Assembly (NCBI GenBank): GCA_002104945.1
Contig: MCFH01000033.1
Coordinates: 62,001-126,000, forward strand
Reading direction: 5' to 3'
From: Piromyces finnis finn
Lineage: Eukaryota > Fungi > Neocallimastigomycota
Length of the DNA stretch: 64,000 bases
Shown: positions 27,737 to 40,137 of the stretch, piece after piece
Layout: the number at the start of each line of letters is the position of its first letter
How positions within the stretch are numbered: the first letter of the stretch is position 1
The notes under the pieces: model-generated
Seen by the model: only the letters and a program-made list of their open reading frames with translations
Told to the model about the DNA's origin: nothing
Database searches by the model: none
Program-made: the position numbers and the translations under genes

Positions 27737-28343
27737 ATAATTTTAAATAATTTAAACATGACAAGTGATAAATAATAAAATCTATTAAAAAAAATACATA
27801 ATTATGTTTTATGTAATTAATAAGATTAGTGAATTATCATAAATGTAAATAAAATTATAGAAATAAATAATCAATATTTAAATTAAAAAATAATAAATAA
27901 TAACTTTTTAAAAAAAAATTGTCATAATAATAACCTTATTAACTAATATAAAATTAGATTTTATATTAAATTTTTTAAGTTTTTCATATATATTACTCCT
28001 CTATATTATTCATTTGATGAAGAAACAGTAGTTTAATACAAAAAAAGAAAGAGGTATAATAAAGTAATCATTAAAAAAAAAAAACTTTAAAAATACAATA
28101 ATATTGTAGTAAGTTATACCATCCTGTTTATTACATACACATAATGCATTATTTGATATTAAAAATTTTCATATAAAAGTTAATTTAAAATCAAGATTAT
28201 TAGCCACTACTTTATATTTCATAAAAAATTTTATTGGGATAAAAATAAATATTTTGTTTAAAAAAAAAAAAAAAAGTACGATTGAATAATAAAATAATAA
28301 ATATTCATTTTTCATTTCTATTAAAAAGAAATACTTATTCACC

Positions 28344-28790
28344 ATGGGAATGGAATATAAAGAAATTGATATTAATGACAATATAAAGAAATATGAATTT
28401 AGAACTAGTGAATACTTTAGAAATAAAATTCCAAATAAATACTATATTAATTCTGAAGATGAATTAAATGATTTTTTTGACTTATTTTCAAATAAAATAA
28501 GTATTAAAAAAGAAGATCTAAAGGACAATTCAATTTTTATTCAAATTGAAACTGTTGGCTCTGGAAGTATAAAAATAAAACTCACATCTGTTACATTTGA
28601 GAATAATAATATTAATTTTAATATTGAAATCAAGAGACCTCCAATGGGAACATGTGATATGGCTAGTTGGTACTTGGTTGCTATAATTCCAAATCATCAA
28701 CTAAATAATATAAATATGAATGGCTGGTATAAACCATCTGAAATAAAAAAAAAAAATAAACCAATAAAGAAATTAAATTCTATTAAATAA
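28344..28790 (+). CDS. Intronless protein resembling bacterial PrcB C-terminal-like domain proteins (candidate horizontal acquisition), 148 aa
   Basis: Motif GSGSIKIKLTSVTFENNNINFNIEIKRPPMGTCDMASWYLVAI recalls Firmicute/spirochaete hypothetical lipoproteins. No signal peptide. Assignment from memory, not from a search. Confidence 0.55.
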   Translation: MGMEYKEIDINDNIKKYEFRTSEYFRNKIPNKYYINSEDELNDFFDLFSNKISIKKEDLKDNSIFIQIETVGSGSIKIKLTSVTFENNNINFNIEIKRPPMGTCDMASWYLVAIIPNHQLNNINMNGWYKPSEIKKKNKPIKKLNSIK

Positions 28791-29759
28791 ATAATTTTAA
28801 AAGTACCTGACGAAAGAAGAAATACTGTGTAAATATTACAATATTATCTATAATGTAATTTATTGTATGTACAATATAAAATGTATTAGGCAATAATCAT
28901 GATTAGGATTGAATAATTTTATACATTATTTATTTAAAATTTTTGTACAAGATGAAATTAATGTAGTACAATAATATTTACAATGATAATACAATGTTCT
29001 TATTTTATTATTTATATAATAAGATTATTGATTATAATTTTAAGCTACAAAAAATAAAAAAAGGTAATCCATTTTAAATTTAAAAACTAAATACGATTAC
29101 TAATAAAATAATAAGAAAAAAGAAGAAAGAGAAATAATGTAAAAATTGAGCCTTTCTTTATTTCTAAAAATATATTTTTTTTTCAATTTTGTAAATTTAT
29201 TTTATATTTAATTTTGTTTTTTAAAAAAAATTCTTTTTATATTTAATAAGGTTTGAATTTAATTATTTGTCGTATTTTTTAATTTATTTTAATATAAATT
29301 AATTTATTTTTGAAAAAGTGACAATTAGTTTTTTGTTAAAAAAAATTTTTTTTTTAAATTTTATTAAATATTACATTATTTAATTTAAATAATATATTTT
29401 GTGTACAATGATATCATTTTATATATTAATTTTTTAAAAAAAAAAAACTTTCAAAAAATCATGAAAATGCGGTAGAAATTTTAGTAAATAAAAGAGTTTT
29501 TTTTTTTATTTTATTTTACTCTTTTTTTTTTAATAATAATAAATAAAAGGTTTCTTTTTTAAAATAGAAATATAAATAATATTATAGACGATAAAAAAGT
29601 GGGAAGAAATATTCAAAATAATAATTATAAAAAGAAAAAAAATAAAATATTTTAAATATATATCTTGTTGAATTTTTAAAAATAAAATTATAATAATTTA
29701 ATATCATATAAATATTAAATTTTTTTTTAGAGTACTAAGCATTTTAGAAGAATTGTAAA

Positions 29760-30647
29760 ATGAAATTTACAAAAGGGTTATTAACTTTATTTGTTATCTC
29801 AAGTAGCTTTGCTTTCAACATTCCTATCTCAAAAAGAGATGAAATCGACGATGCACTAGCACAATATGATAAAATGACTAATTCTAATGGACAAATAAAT
29901 TCATCGAATAGTCAAACCAATGTAAATAATTTTAATCAAGGACAGATTAATTCAAATACAAATAATATTAATCAAGGACAGGTTAATTCAAATACAAATA
30001 ATATTAATCAAGGTCAAGTTAATTCAAATATAAATAATAATGTAAATAGTCAAAATACTAATGGAAATATAAATAACATTAATATTAGTAATGAATGTCA
30101 AAATGTTATTAATGAATATAGAAGTTGTTTCCAAAGTCTTAGAAAGGATAACTATGATAAAGTATGTGATTTATACAATTCAGACCTTTGTCAAAACCTT
30201 ATTAAAAAAAAGATAAATGAAAATGAACCATGTAAAAATATGAATGATAGTACAGGATTTCAAAATATGGTAGATATCAGTATCATAGGAATGAATTTAA
30301 GCTGTGGTAAAATTGATAAAGATGGCGATTATTGTCCTATTGCTAAATATGGTAAATCCACAAAAGATGCAGAACTTACCGATGCTATTATCAATGAAAC
30401 TTGTAAATACAAAGTATGTCGTGACAAAGCCATCGAATTCTTTACCCAATACAAAATAATTAATGAAGAATTATCAAAAAAATCAAATTTTGTTAAAAGA
30501 AAAACTATTGATATGGAAAGAATAGATTCAGCAATATTATTATTAAATAATAATCAATGTGCTGCACAAGCAAATAGTGCAAACTCTTTAAATATAAAAA
30601 ATCCATTACTCTTTTCTTTTGGTTTATTTTTACTTTTATTTTTATAA
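29760..30647 (+). CDS. Secreted 10-Cys GPI-type protein (member C) with N/Q-rich tandem repeat, 295 aa, intronless
   Basis: Signal peptide, SKR site, three NQGQ(I/V)NSN(T/I)NN(I/N) units, CGKIDKDGDYCP and TCKYKVC motifs, hydrophobic tail. Confidence 0.8.
   Translation: MKFTKGLLTLFVISSSFAFNIPISKRDEIDDALAQYDKMTNSNGQINSSNSQTNVNNFNQGQINSNTNNINQGQVNSNTNNINQGQVNSNINNNVNSQNTNGNINNINISNECQNVINEYRSCFQSLRKDNYDKVCDLYNSDLCQNLIKKKINENEPCKNMNDSTGFQNMVDISIIGMNLSCGKIDKDGDYCPIAKYGKSTKDAELTDAIINETCKYKVCRDKAIEFFTQYKIINEELSKKSNFVKRKTIDMERIDSAILLLNNNQCAAQANSANSLNIKNPLLFSFGLFLLLFL
29934..30041 (+). repeat. Coding 36-bp tandem repeat, about 3 copies (NQGQINSNTNNI)
   Basis: aatcaagg(a/t)ca(g/a)(a/g)ttaattcaaata.. 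units starting at 29934, 29970 and 30006. Confidence 0.8.
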
Positions 30648-31615
30648 TGTTCTAAATATATAGATATACAATAAAATATGAACTATTGAAAAATAGTTAT
30701 TAATATATATAAATGTAATAGAGCAGGTATACAATTGAATAAAATGTATAAAAAGTGTTTTTTATTGTATTTTATTTATTATAAAAAATGTAAAATGAAA
30801 TATAATGTAATAATAATAATTAATCCATATGTTATATTATAAGAAAATAGAATAAGGGATTATACTATTTATTGATGTAATTGTTAATAATAAAAAAAAA
30901 TCACCGTTTAAAATAAATTAAAATCTATTATTAAATTGATAACCCTACTTATATTAATTTTCTTTTATAGATTACCGTTATCATACATTAGTAAGGAATT
31001 TAAAAAGTATATATATATAAATTAAAAGATATTAATTAATTGATATTGTAATTTAAAAAAAAAACAGTTCTATTTTAAAAAAAAAAAAAAAAAGAAAAAA
31101 AAAAAAAGACTTTTAACCCAAAATATTCATTTATACTGATATTTTCAATATAAATATAGCTGCTTATTTTCTTCTTTTAACTATTTAATTTGAATAGAAT
31201 TTTAATAAAACATCACACAATATTAATGATTATTAAACTTTAATAATTATTATTTTTATTATCACCATAAGAATAATTATAAAAAAATAATAGAATTAAA
31301 ATATATTGTTTTATTGATTTTATATATATTAAATAAATTATGTATTGATCCATTCATTTTCCATATATACCCATTTTAATATATAAAAAATTATACATTA
31401 AATTATTAAATGTTGTGTATTTTATATTAAATTAAATTGTACTACATAATAACATTAATAAAAAAAAAAACGGCAATAATTTTAATATATATAAAGAAGT
31501 TTTTCTTTAAAATAAAAATAAACAAGAAAACCTTTTATAAATAAAATAATTTTTTAAAATTTTTATACTCTACTGAATAATTGCAATTTGTATTATACCT
31601 ATATACAATTTTAAA

Positions 31616-32290
31616 ATGAGATTTTCAAAAGCATTAATATCTATATTCGTTGCTATTTCAACTTTATCATGTAATGTTGAAGGTAGAATGGTTAAAAGAG
31701 CCAATAGTTGTTTAAAAAATCACAATGAATGTATCAACTTTCAAAAAATATCAAAGGATAACATTGAAGAATATTGTAAAAATTTTAATACTGAAAAATG
31801 TCAAAGTTTATATAATCAAGGATTAAATGCTGTTCCTGAATGTTCAAACATTTCAAATGAATTTAAAGACCAAATAAAACTTAAATTCGATGTTATAAAT
31901 TACACTTTTAAATTATTATGTGCAAAAGATGAAAATGGAAATTTCTGTCCAATAAGTAAAAATTATATTGAAAATGGTAACACTGGATTTGAAAATAGTG
32001 GATTTGATAAATACTTAAATGAAACTTGTAAATCAAAGAAATGTATTAATTCAGCTATTGACGCTTTTACTTTATTGGAAAATAGTAATCTTGCTGATCG
32101 TATGCCAAATAAAAATAATAAAAGAGAAATGGTTGAAGGTGTTGATGCTATTAGTTCTATTGTAAAAACTTTAAAATCTGAGGGTTGTTCTGCTCAAGCC
32201 ATGGTGCAACAATCTGATGCTACTACTCTCTCAATTACTAATACTCTTCTTTTTACTTTTGGTTTATTACTTTTATGGTTAAATAATTAA
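31616..32290 (+). CDS. Secreted 10-Cys GPI-type protein (member D), 224 aa, intronless
   Basis: Signal peptide, VKR site, YCKNFNTEKCQ, CAKDENGNFCP and TCKSKKC motifs, tail SDATTLSITNTLLFTFGLLLLWL. Confidence 0.8.
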   Translation: MRFSKALISIFVAISTLSCNVEGRMVKRANSCLKNHNECINFQKISKDNIEEYCKNFNTEKCQSLYNQGLNAVPECSNISNEFKDQIKLKFDVINYTFKLLCAKDENGNFCPISKNYIENGNTGFENSGFDKYLNETCKSKKCINSAIDAFTLLENSNLADRMPNKNNKREMVEGVDAISSIVKTLKSEGCSAQAMVQQSDATTLSITNTLLFTFGLLLLWLNN

Positions 32291-34366
32291 ATTTTTCTGT
32301 TATAAGTTTTTTTTTTTTTTTTGTAAATATATAAATCGTTTTAAAAAAAAAATAGAATTATTTATTATTTATTATTAATAGAAGTTTATTTAATATGTAT
32401 AAATAATAATAGAAATAATAAATAAATAAAATAAAATAAAAATATATAGGAATAGCATATAAATTATGAAGTGTTTTGTTTTTTTAATTGTTATTTTTAC
32501 TTGTCAATATAAAATTTATTTAAAATTGACTTTTTTTTTTTTATTATTTAAAATTGTATTCTTTTTAAATCATAAATATATGTATTAAAAAGATGCAATG
32601 ATAATAATTGTTACACGATAGCTTATAAGTAGGTGATTCTTTTTTTTTATAGCTTTTTATTGTCGTTAACTCAAATTGAAATGATAGGGAATTTTGTATT
32701 AAGAATTATACTTGATGTCATCAATAAATTCTTTAAATATAAATCTTTTAGCAAAAAATACTGAAATAAATAATACCTCTACTAAGAATAACGTTGAAAC
32801 TTTTTTATAAACAATAAAAAGATAAAATAATTGAAAAATGACATAATAAAAAAGGGGGTATCTTATTATAATAATATTTATTATAATAATATTATTTACT
32901 TATATTGATGGATATTCAATATTCAATACTATAATCAGCAACTAAACAAAAGTCTAAAAACGTTAACAATTTATTATTTTTATTTTCAAAAAATTTAGAA
33001 TAAGTCCATTTTATCACTTGATCCTAAGATTTCTTAGTTGTTAATTCGTCAAAAATAATACAATAACCTACTAGTAAATTTTTTAGATTTAATATTATCA
33101 TATCCTATTTATTATTTATTTCTAAACAAAAATTATCTTGAATACATATATTACTAGTAACTATTATTAGATAGCCTTTTTCATCATAGTCCTTATTTTT
33201 ATATTCATAATATTTTCCTATAATCAGCATTAATCTTATATTATTTATACTATTTAATTCTTTTTTATTATATATATATATAAATAGTGTGTGTATGAAT
33301 AACTATATTGCCTTTATGACTTAAAATAATGAATTGTAATAAGAGTAGAAATTATATATGTTATTACTTATAATAGATGCATTTAAAATTGTAAATTTTG
33401 TAACTATGCCATTAAAAATTCCCTTTTTTTCTTGAAAAAACTTTATCCTGTATATGAATAATAATTGTTTTTAATAAATACTCAATTAAAAACAACCATC
33501 TTACATATTATTTAATTTAATTTCCACTATACCATCATATACCTATTATGTATAAGTTAAGTATTTAAATTTAAGATTTTGAATTAAAGAATTTTAACTT
33601 ATACCTAAATCTTAAATTTAAATATCTAATTTTTTAAACTATTCTTTAATGGGTAAAGCTTGAATTTCCACTCATTATATTTTATTGTGTATCATAAAAT
33701 GCACTATCATGAATAGGAATATTTATATGTAAATATTTATGTATAATGTAATTATAACATTTACTAAATACAAAAAATATATTTATATATAATGTTGTTG
33801 TTGCTGTTTTTAATAATATTTTTTCAGTATTTTATATAGAGATAATAGTATGATAAAGAGAACATGTAATAAAAAACCAACAGAATGCTTTTTATTCAAA
33901 AATAAAAATGTAATATGATTCAAAAAAAAAAAAAAAAAAGAATATAAAATAGAAATTATACTCAAATATGAATATATAAAATATACCTTTATTTGAAAAA
34001 ATATTCAATTATACAATTATTATACTCTAATAACAATGATTTTTCTTATTTTAATTAAATTTACTATATTACATTATTACTCATTTTTCTCGTTTGCATT
34101 TGTACATATTATTATATATATCACAAGTATTAAATTTTAATAAAAAGGTCTGCCATCTTTGAAAAATATATAATTTTACGGAAAAAAAAAAAATTTGAAA
34201 TTTATTGTTACACACCGATTTATAAAAAAAAATATTGTATAAATATAAATTAGTTATATAACGGAATATTATGAAACATTATTCTATTATAATTAATAAT
34301 AACTTGTAATTATTTTCCTATAAAAATTCTTTTAAAGTAAGATATATAGTTTTAAAGTTTATTATC

Positions 34367-34986
34367 TAACGAATTGATTTTTTCCATTATTATATTTAAA
34401 AAGTTTTTTAATTAATATTTTAGTGTCCCCCTTGAAAAAAATTCCTATTATTCCATAGTTTAGTTTTTATTTGAAGTATTAGTATTAGGTATTAGTATTA
34501 GTATTAGTATTAGTATTAGTATTAGTATTAGTATTAGTATTAGTATTAGTATTAGTATTAGTATTAGTATTAGTATTAGTATTAGTATTAGTATTAGTAT
34601 TAGTATTAGTATTAGTATTAGTATTAGTATTAGTATTAGTATTAGTATTAGTATTAGTATTAGTATTAGTATTAGTATTAGTATTAGTATTAGTATTAGT
34701 ATTAGTATTAGTATTAGTATTAGTATTAGTATTAGTATTAGTATTAGTATTAGTATTAGTATTAGTATTAGTATTAGTATTAGTATTATATTTATTGTTT
34801 GTTGTGTTTATTATTTAATAATTATTTTCCTTAAAATATCATTTTTATAATAAAGATTCATAGTTTTATTCTATAACGAATTAATTTTTTTCCATTATTA
34901 TAATTATTATTGAGGTTTTTTAACTAATATTTTAGTGTCCCCCTTGAAAAAATTCCTATTAAAATTCCATAGTTCAGTTTTTATTT
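34367..34986 (+). repeat. Imperfect direct repeats of about 110 bp (34367-34472 and 34874-34986) bracketing the microsatellite
   Basis: Both copies carry TAACGAATT...TTCCATTATTATA...TAATATTTTAGTGTCCCCCTTGAAAAAA(A)TTCCTATTA...TTCCATAGTT(T/C)AGTTTTTATTT. Confidence 0.85.
34475..34787. repeat. (AGTATT)n hexanucleotide microsatellite, about 52 copies
   Basis: Near-perfect run with one AGGTATT variant near its start. Confidence 0.95.
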
Positions 34987-35832
34987 TATATTCTTTATTC
35001 TTATTACTTTTATTATTTAACCTAAAACATTCATTAAATATTAATTACTTTTTCAATTTATTTAATATTTATTTTTAGTATTAAAATTTAACCAGAATAA
35101 ATATTTCATATGAAATTTTAAAATAATAATGAATAATATAAAATAAATTTGTAAAGCATAATAAAATAAATGATATTTTATTCTAAAACATTAAATATTT
35201 AAATAGAATTATTATAATTAAAATAAATCTAAAAAAAAATTATTTATATTAAAATTTTATAAATAGGATATTTTAATATTAATTTTCGAATTTATTTAAT
35301 ATAATAAATATAAATTAAATTAAAATATTGTCTTTATTTTAGGAAAATTTTTTATTATTCAGGTAATTATATTGGTTAAAATTTATTAATTGAATTTATT
35401 TATATTAATAAAATTATTTTTATGAAAAAAATTATAAATAATAAACTTTTTTATTAGTATTAAAACTATAATAAATATAAAATCTCAAGGTTATATATTT
35501 ATTCTTTTTTTTTTTTTTAATCTTTTAAATTGACCGTATTCAATGATAATGATGGGAAATTTTTTATATAATTAATTAGAACAATACAATATATATAATA
35601 TTATTTATAAATATTAAAATGCATTGCACAAATAACTCCCATTTAATAATAATAAATAAAGTTAATTATTTTTTAATTAGTTTAATTTATTTTTTATGAG
35701 CATAATAACAATGAAAAAAATATATAAATACATCACATTTCCACTTTTTATAAATTATTGTACTATAACAAATAATTTCGTTGTATTAATAAAAAGAAGT
35801 AAATTCATAATTCAAATTAAAAATACAATTAA

Positions 35833-37133
35833 ATGAAATCTTTTATAATTTTAGCTTCATTTATTACTTCAGTTTTTGCTCAAAACTGTAGTTTACCATT
35901 CGGTCAATGTGGAGGGTAGGTTCAATAAAAATAAAAAATGAGTAAAAAAAAAATATAAAGTATTATTGTATTTTTATTGTATTAATACATTTATTTTTTT
36001 TTATCACCATTATTATTAGTTCAAATTGGAATGGTGTAAAATGCTGTACTTCAGGTTTTACCTGTAAAGAAATGAATGTATGGTATCATCAATGTGTTCC
36101 ATCAAATGAAGTTGTCCCAAATTCAAATCCTGTAGTAAGCAATGTTGTACCAAGCAATGCTCCAGCTAAAAGTATTCCAACTACAAATGCACCAATTATT
36201 AATAATCCAGCACCTCAAAATGTGAATTACGTAGCTTCTAATGCTAGTTCATCATCAGCTCTTATAGGTTATGCTTCTATGAATGGTGGTACTAAAGGTG
36301 GTCAAGGTGGTCAAACTACTACAGTTTCCAATCAATCTCAATTAGTAGCTGCTCTTAAGGGTAACAATGCAAAGATTATTAAGGTTAATGGAATAATTCA
36401 ACTTACTTCTGATGTTACCGTTAACTCCAACACTTCTATCATTGGAGCCAACAAGAATTCAGGTTTCACAGGTGCCGGTTTAAAGTTTAAGAATGCAAGC
36501 AATATTATTATTCAAAACCTTAAGTTTAGTTACTGTTTAGGTTCCAATAAGGACTGTATTAATGCTCAAAAGTCTACAAATGTTTGGATTGATCATTGTG
36601 AATTCTTTAATGACCGTAATCACGGAAAAGATTATTATGATGGTTTAGTTGATTTCACTCATGCTTGTGATTACATCACTATATCTTGGAACTTCATTCA
36701 TGACCATTACAAGGCCTCCTTAATCGGCCACAGTGATAGCAACAGTGGTGAAGATACTGGAAAATTACATATAACCTATCATCACAATTACTTTAAGAAT
36801 GTTGGTTCCCGTCTTCCATCTCTTCGTTTCGGTACTGCACATGTCTTTAATAATGTTTATGAAAATATCGAAAATTCATCAGTTAATATTCGTATGGGAG
36901 CTCAAGCTCTAGTAGAAAGTAATGTCTTCAGAAATGCTAATAAACCAATTTCTACTAATCTTGATTCTTCTCAAGAAGGTTTTGTTGTTCAACGTAATAA
37001 CGATTTCGGTAACACAGCAAATACTAACTCTATTACTAAAATCGGTAACCTTAACACTGTTCCATACGCATACACCAATGATAATGTAAATAGTGTTTAT
37101 AACCTCGTTACCAGAGGTGCTGGTCCAAATTAA
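35833..37133 (+). CDS. Pectate lyase family PL1 with N-terminal CBM1; join(35833..35915,36020..37133), 398 aa
   Basis: Signal peptide; CBM1 QCGGSNWNGVKCCTSGFTCKEMNVWYHQC; PL1 motifs GYASMNGGTKGG, NIIIQNL, VWIDH, DGLVD, RLPSLRFGTAHVFNN. Confidence 0.92.
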
Positions 37134-37739
37134 TTTTCACTTGGGCTAAATTAATTTTTCATTAATTATTTATAATAATAAAAAAAAAGATTTATTATAT
37201 TATATATTAAAATATTCACTTAATATATATTGAATTTAAATATGTTTATAAATCATATATTATAATAATTGAAAACAATTATTAAAAGATATTTTCTAAT
37301 TTGGTTAAGAATATATTCAATAAATATATATTCGATTGTATTAAATTGTTTATAATCATAGGCTAATTTTATTTTTTAAACATTATAATTTTTTAATTGT
37401 ACTAAATAGTTTTTAATAAATTATATATATATATTAAACAGTTGTAAATTATAAATTAATAAAATTGTAGTGTAATCATAAATTTGATCAGTAATATTTA
37501 ATTCATTCAAGAAAAAGAAACATAACTACACGACAAAAATAGTTTAAAAGGAATTTTGTCTATTTTTAATATTATATTTAAAAAGAAAAAGAAAAGGGGA
37601 TGTTTTATAGTCAATAATTCATTAGGATTTTCTTTTAAAATATCAAATAATATAAAAGATTTGTAAAGATTGGTATGCCAAAGATAATATTATAATATTT
37701 AAAAAATTACAATATTTTTTTTTAAATGGATTTAAATAA

Positions 37740-38660
37740 TTATTTATTTAATTCCATAAAATTTTTTGTTATTTCCTCTTTATAGGATATTGATAAATCA
37801 TCAGGAATATCCAAAAATATATGTTTAATCTGTGGTTTTTCTTCTTCAACTGAAATAACCATTATTCCTATTGGGTTTTTTTCATTAAAAAGAACATATG
37901 GTGTTATATCAATTGATTTCCAAATATGTAATAATTCTTCTCTTGTATTATCTGTATTATATTTTTTAAAAAGATTTTCAAATATAGTTGGATAATGTGT
38001 AGCATATTCATAATGATAACCTTCTTTCTTATCACTTGCATTCATATAACTCCACTGACAAGGTCTGCTGACTTTTTTTAGATTTTCATAATTTGAGGCA
38101 TTCTCTAACTCAAGAAGAGCTTCTTCAGTACATAAATTAATCGCATCAGTTTCCTTGAATTTGCCACCTTCAATATGTAATCCGTTTTCAACAAGTTCCA
38201 TACCCATAAGAGCATCAAATGCGTTTCCTTCCATATCTGTTAATCCAAATTCTCTTGCACTTTTAAAACCAAATTTTGGATAGTAATTGGGCTCTCCAAA
38301 AATCATAATACCCCTGAATCCTGCTTCTTTTACAAGAGGAATAGTTTCATTTAGTAATCGACTTCCTATACCCATATTTTTATATTTATGATCCACACAT
38401 AAAGGTCCAAAAGAAGCTATTGTTAATGTCTTATCATTTGTTTGTATATATGATTTATAATACATAATTAAACCAGCTACTTTTCCATCAACTAATGCAA
38501 TTTTGCTCAATTCTGGAAGAAAATCTTCATGCTTTCTCATAATATGTACAAGAAGATGTTCAGTACATCCTGGATTATAGACATTATAAAATGATCTTCT
38601 TACCATTTCTTCTGTTTCAAAATAATCTTCAGGTTTTTCTTCTCTGATTTCAATATTCAT
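37740..38660 (-). CDS. GNAT-family N-acetyltransferase, bacterial-like and intronless, with C-terminal extension, 306 aa
   Basis: N-terminus IREEKPEDYFETEEMVRRSFYNVYNPGCTEHLLVH; acetyl-CoA motif FGPLCVDHKYKNMGIGSRLL; GEPNYYPKFGF. Confidence 0.85.
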   Translation of the reverse strand: MNIEIREEKPEDYFETEEMVRRSFYNVYNPGCTEHLLVHIMRKHEDFLPELSKIALVDGKVAGLIMYYKSYIQTNDKTLTIASFGPLCVDHKYKNMGIGSRLLNETIPLVKEAGFRGIMIFGEPNYYPKFGFKSAREFGLTDMEGNAFDALMGMELVENGLHIEGGKFKETDAINLCTEEALLELENASNYENLKKVSRPCQWSYMNASDKKEGYHYEYATHYPTIFENLFKKYNTDNTREELLHIWKSIDITPYVLFNEKNPIGIMVISVEEEKPQIKHIFLDIPDDLSISYKEEITKNFMELNK

Positions 38661-40137
38661 CTTTTATTTTCTATTACAGTTTCTTTTTTTTTCTTTCTTA
38701 AGATTGTCAATAAAGAGATAATTAATAAGTAAGGATATTTTTTTAAAAATTTTCCTTTTCTTTTATACTTTTTTAATTCATTAATTTTTCAATTAAATTT
38801 AATAAATATCTATGGATTAATTCAATAAGAAAAAAATTAAATTATTTAATATATTATTATATAATATATTAAATAATTTAATTTTTTTCTTTTTACTTAG
38901 ACACATTAATTTTGGCTATGATACTTTGATACTATGATATATATATATATATATATTTTTTATTGCTTAGACACATTTACAGAAAATCTCATATATACAT
39001 ATATATTTATATTATGATCTTGTAATTTTGATCTGTTTTAAAAAAGAAATAAAATATAAAAGTAAATTATAAAAAAAAAAAAACTTTTTAAAGAGTTTAA
39101 TAAAATTAGATAGAAAATATTAATTATTCTATTATTAAAATATAATAATTATTTAAAGAGAGTTAAGATTTTACTATAAATATGTTTTATAAGACATACA
39201 TATATAAATAAATTTTATATTTTCTTTTAATACTTATCATTATAATATTATAATATTATTTTTTCTTTTTTTTTCCTTTTTTTTTTTTTTAAAAAAAATT
39301 TATCTTTTTCATATGTTAATATATTGTTACACTAATAAAATTAAATGACTTTAATTTTTTTTTTTTTTCTTATTTGAAATTATAAACTATGTATTTGTTT
39401 TTTTTTTTTTTTTATTTAATATTACATAAATGAAATTGCATATATATCAGAGCTAGAATAAAAAGAAAAAAGTATATATATAATATCAATACCAATAATA
39501 TTTCATAGCGTAAAGCAGTTTTAATTATTACTACATCATGGTAATATAAATAATAAATAAAATATATCTTTGTAATAAAAATTAATATATCTTCATAAAT
39601 GCTCAGTTTTATAATCAGTAAAAAGAATTTCGTTATTTTTAGTATGTTTTTCTAATTGGCATTCATATTTTTTTATTTATTTATTATTTATGAGAAAATT
39701 TACAGTTTCAATGTATCATCCACCTACGAAATAGAAATGTAATTAAATGTAATGGTTTAACTACATTATAATACATTAATGTAATTTATTAAATAATTAA
39801 TTAAAAATAAATTATAAATTAAAAAAATTATAATAATAAAGAATTTATAAGTTTATTTATTTATATATTTTCTATTTATGAAAATTATTATAAATATTTT
39901 TTTTATATTATAATTCAATTAATTATTCAATAAATAATTAATTTTTTTTTTTTAAAAATAAAATAAATATAAAAAATTTATTAATTATTAAATTATAATT
40001 AAAATTTACCTTTTTTTTAAATTACTTTTTTTTTTAAAAAAAAAAAAGATAAAATAAAATTTTAAAAAAAAAAGAAGCAAACCAAATTAAAATTTGTCAT
40101 TAATAAAATATTCATTTTTATAGTATAATAAATCAAG

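Noticed and set aside
32650-33250. Possible minus-strand pseudogene fragments (YEYKNKDYDEKGYLIIV...)
   Set aside because: Multiple stops and frameshifts and no recognisable family; cannot be supported without a search.
34475-34787. Interstitial telomere or CRISPR-like array
   Set aside because: The unit is TTAGTA, not TTAGGG, and there are no unique spacers; it is a simple microsatellite.
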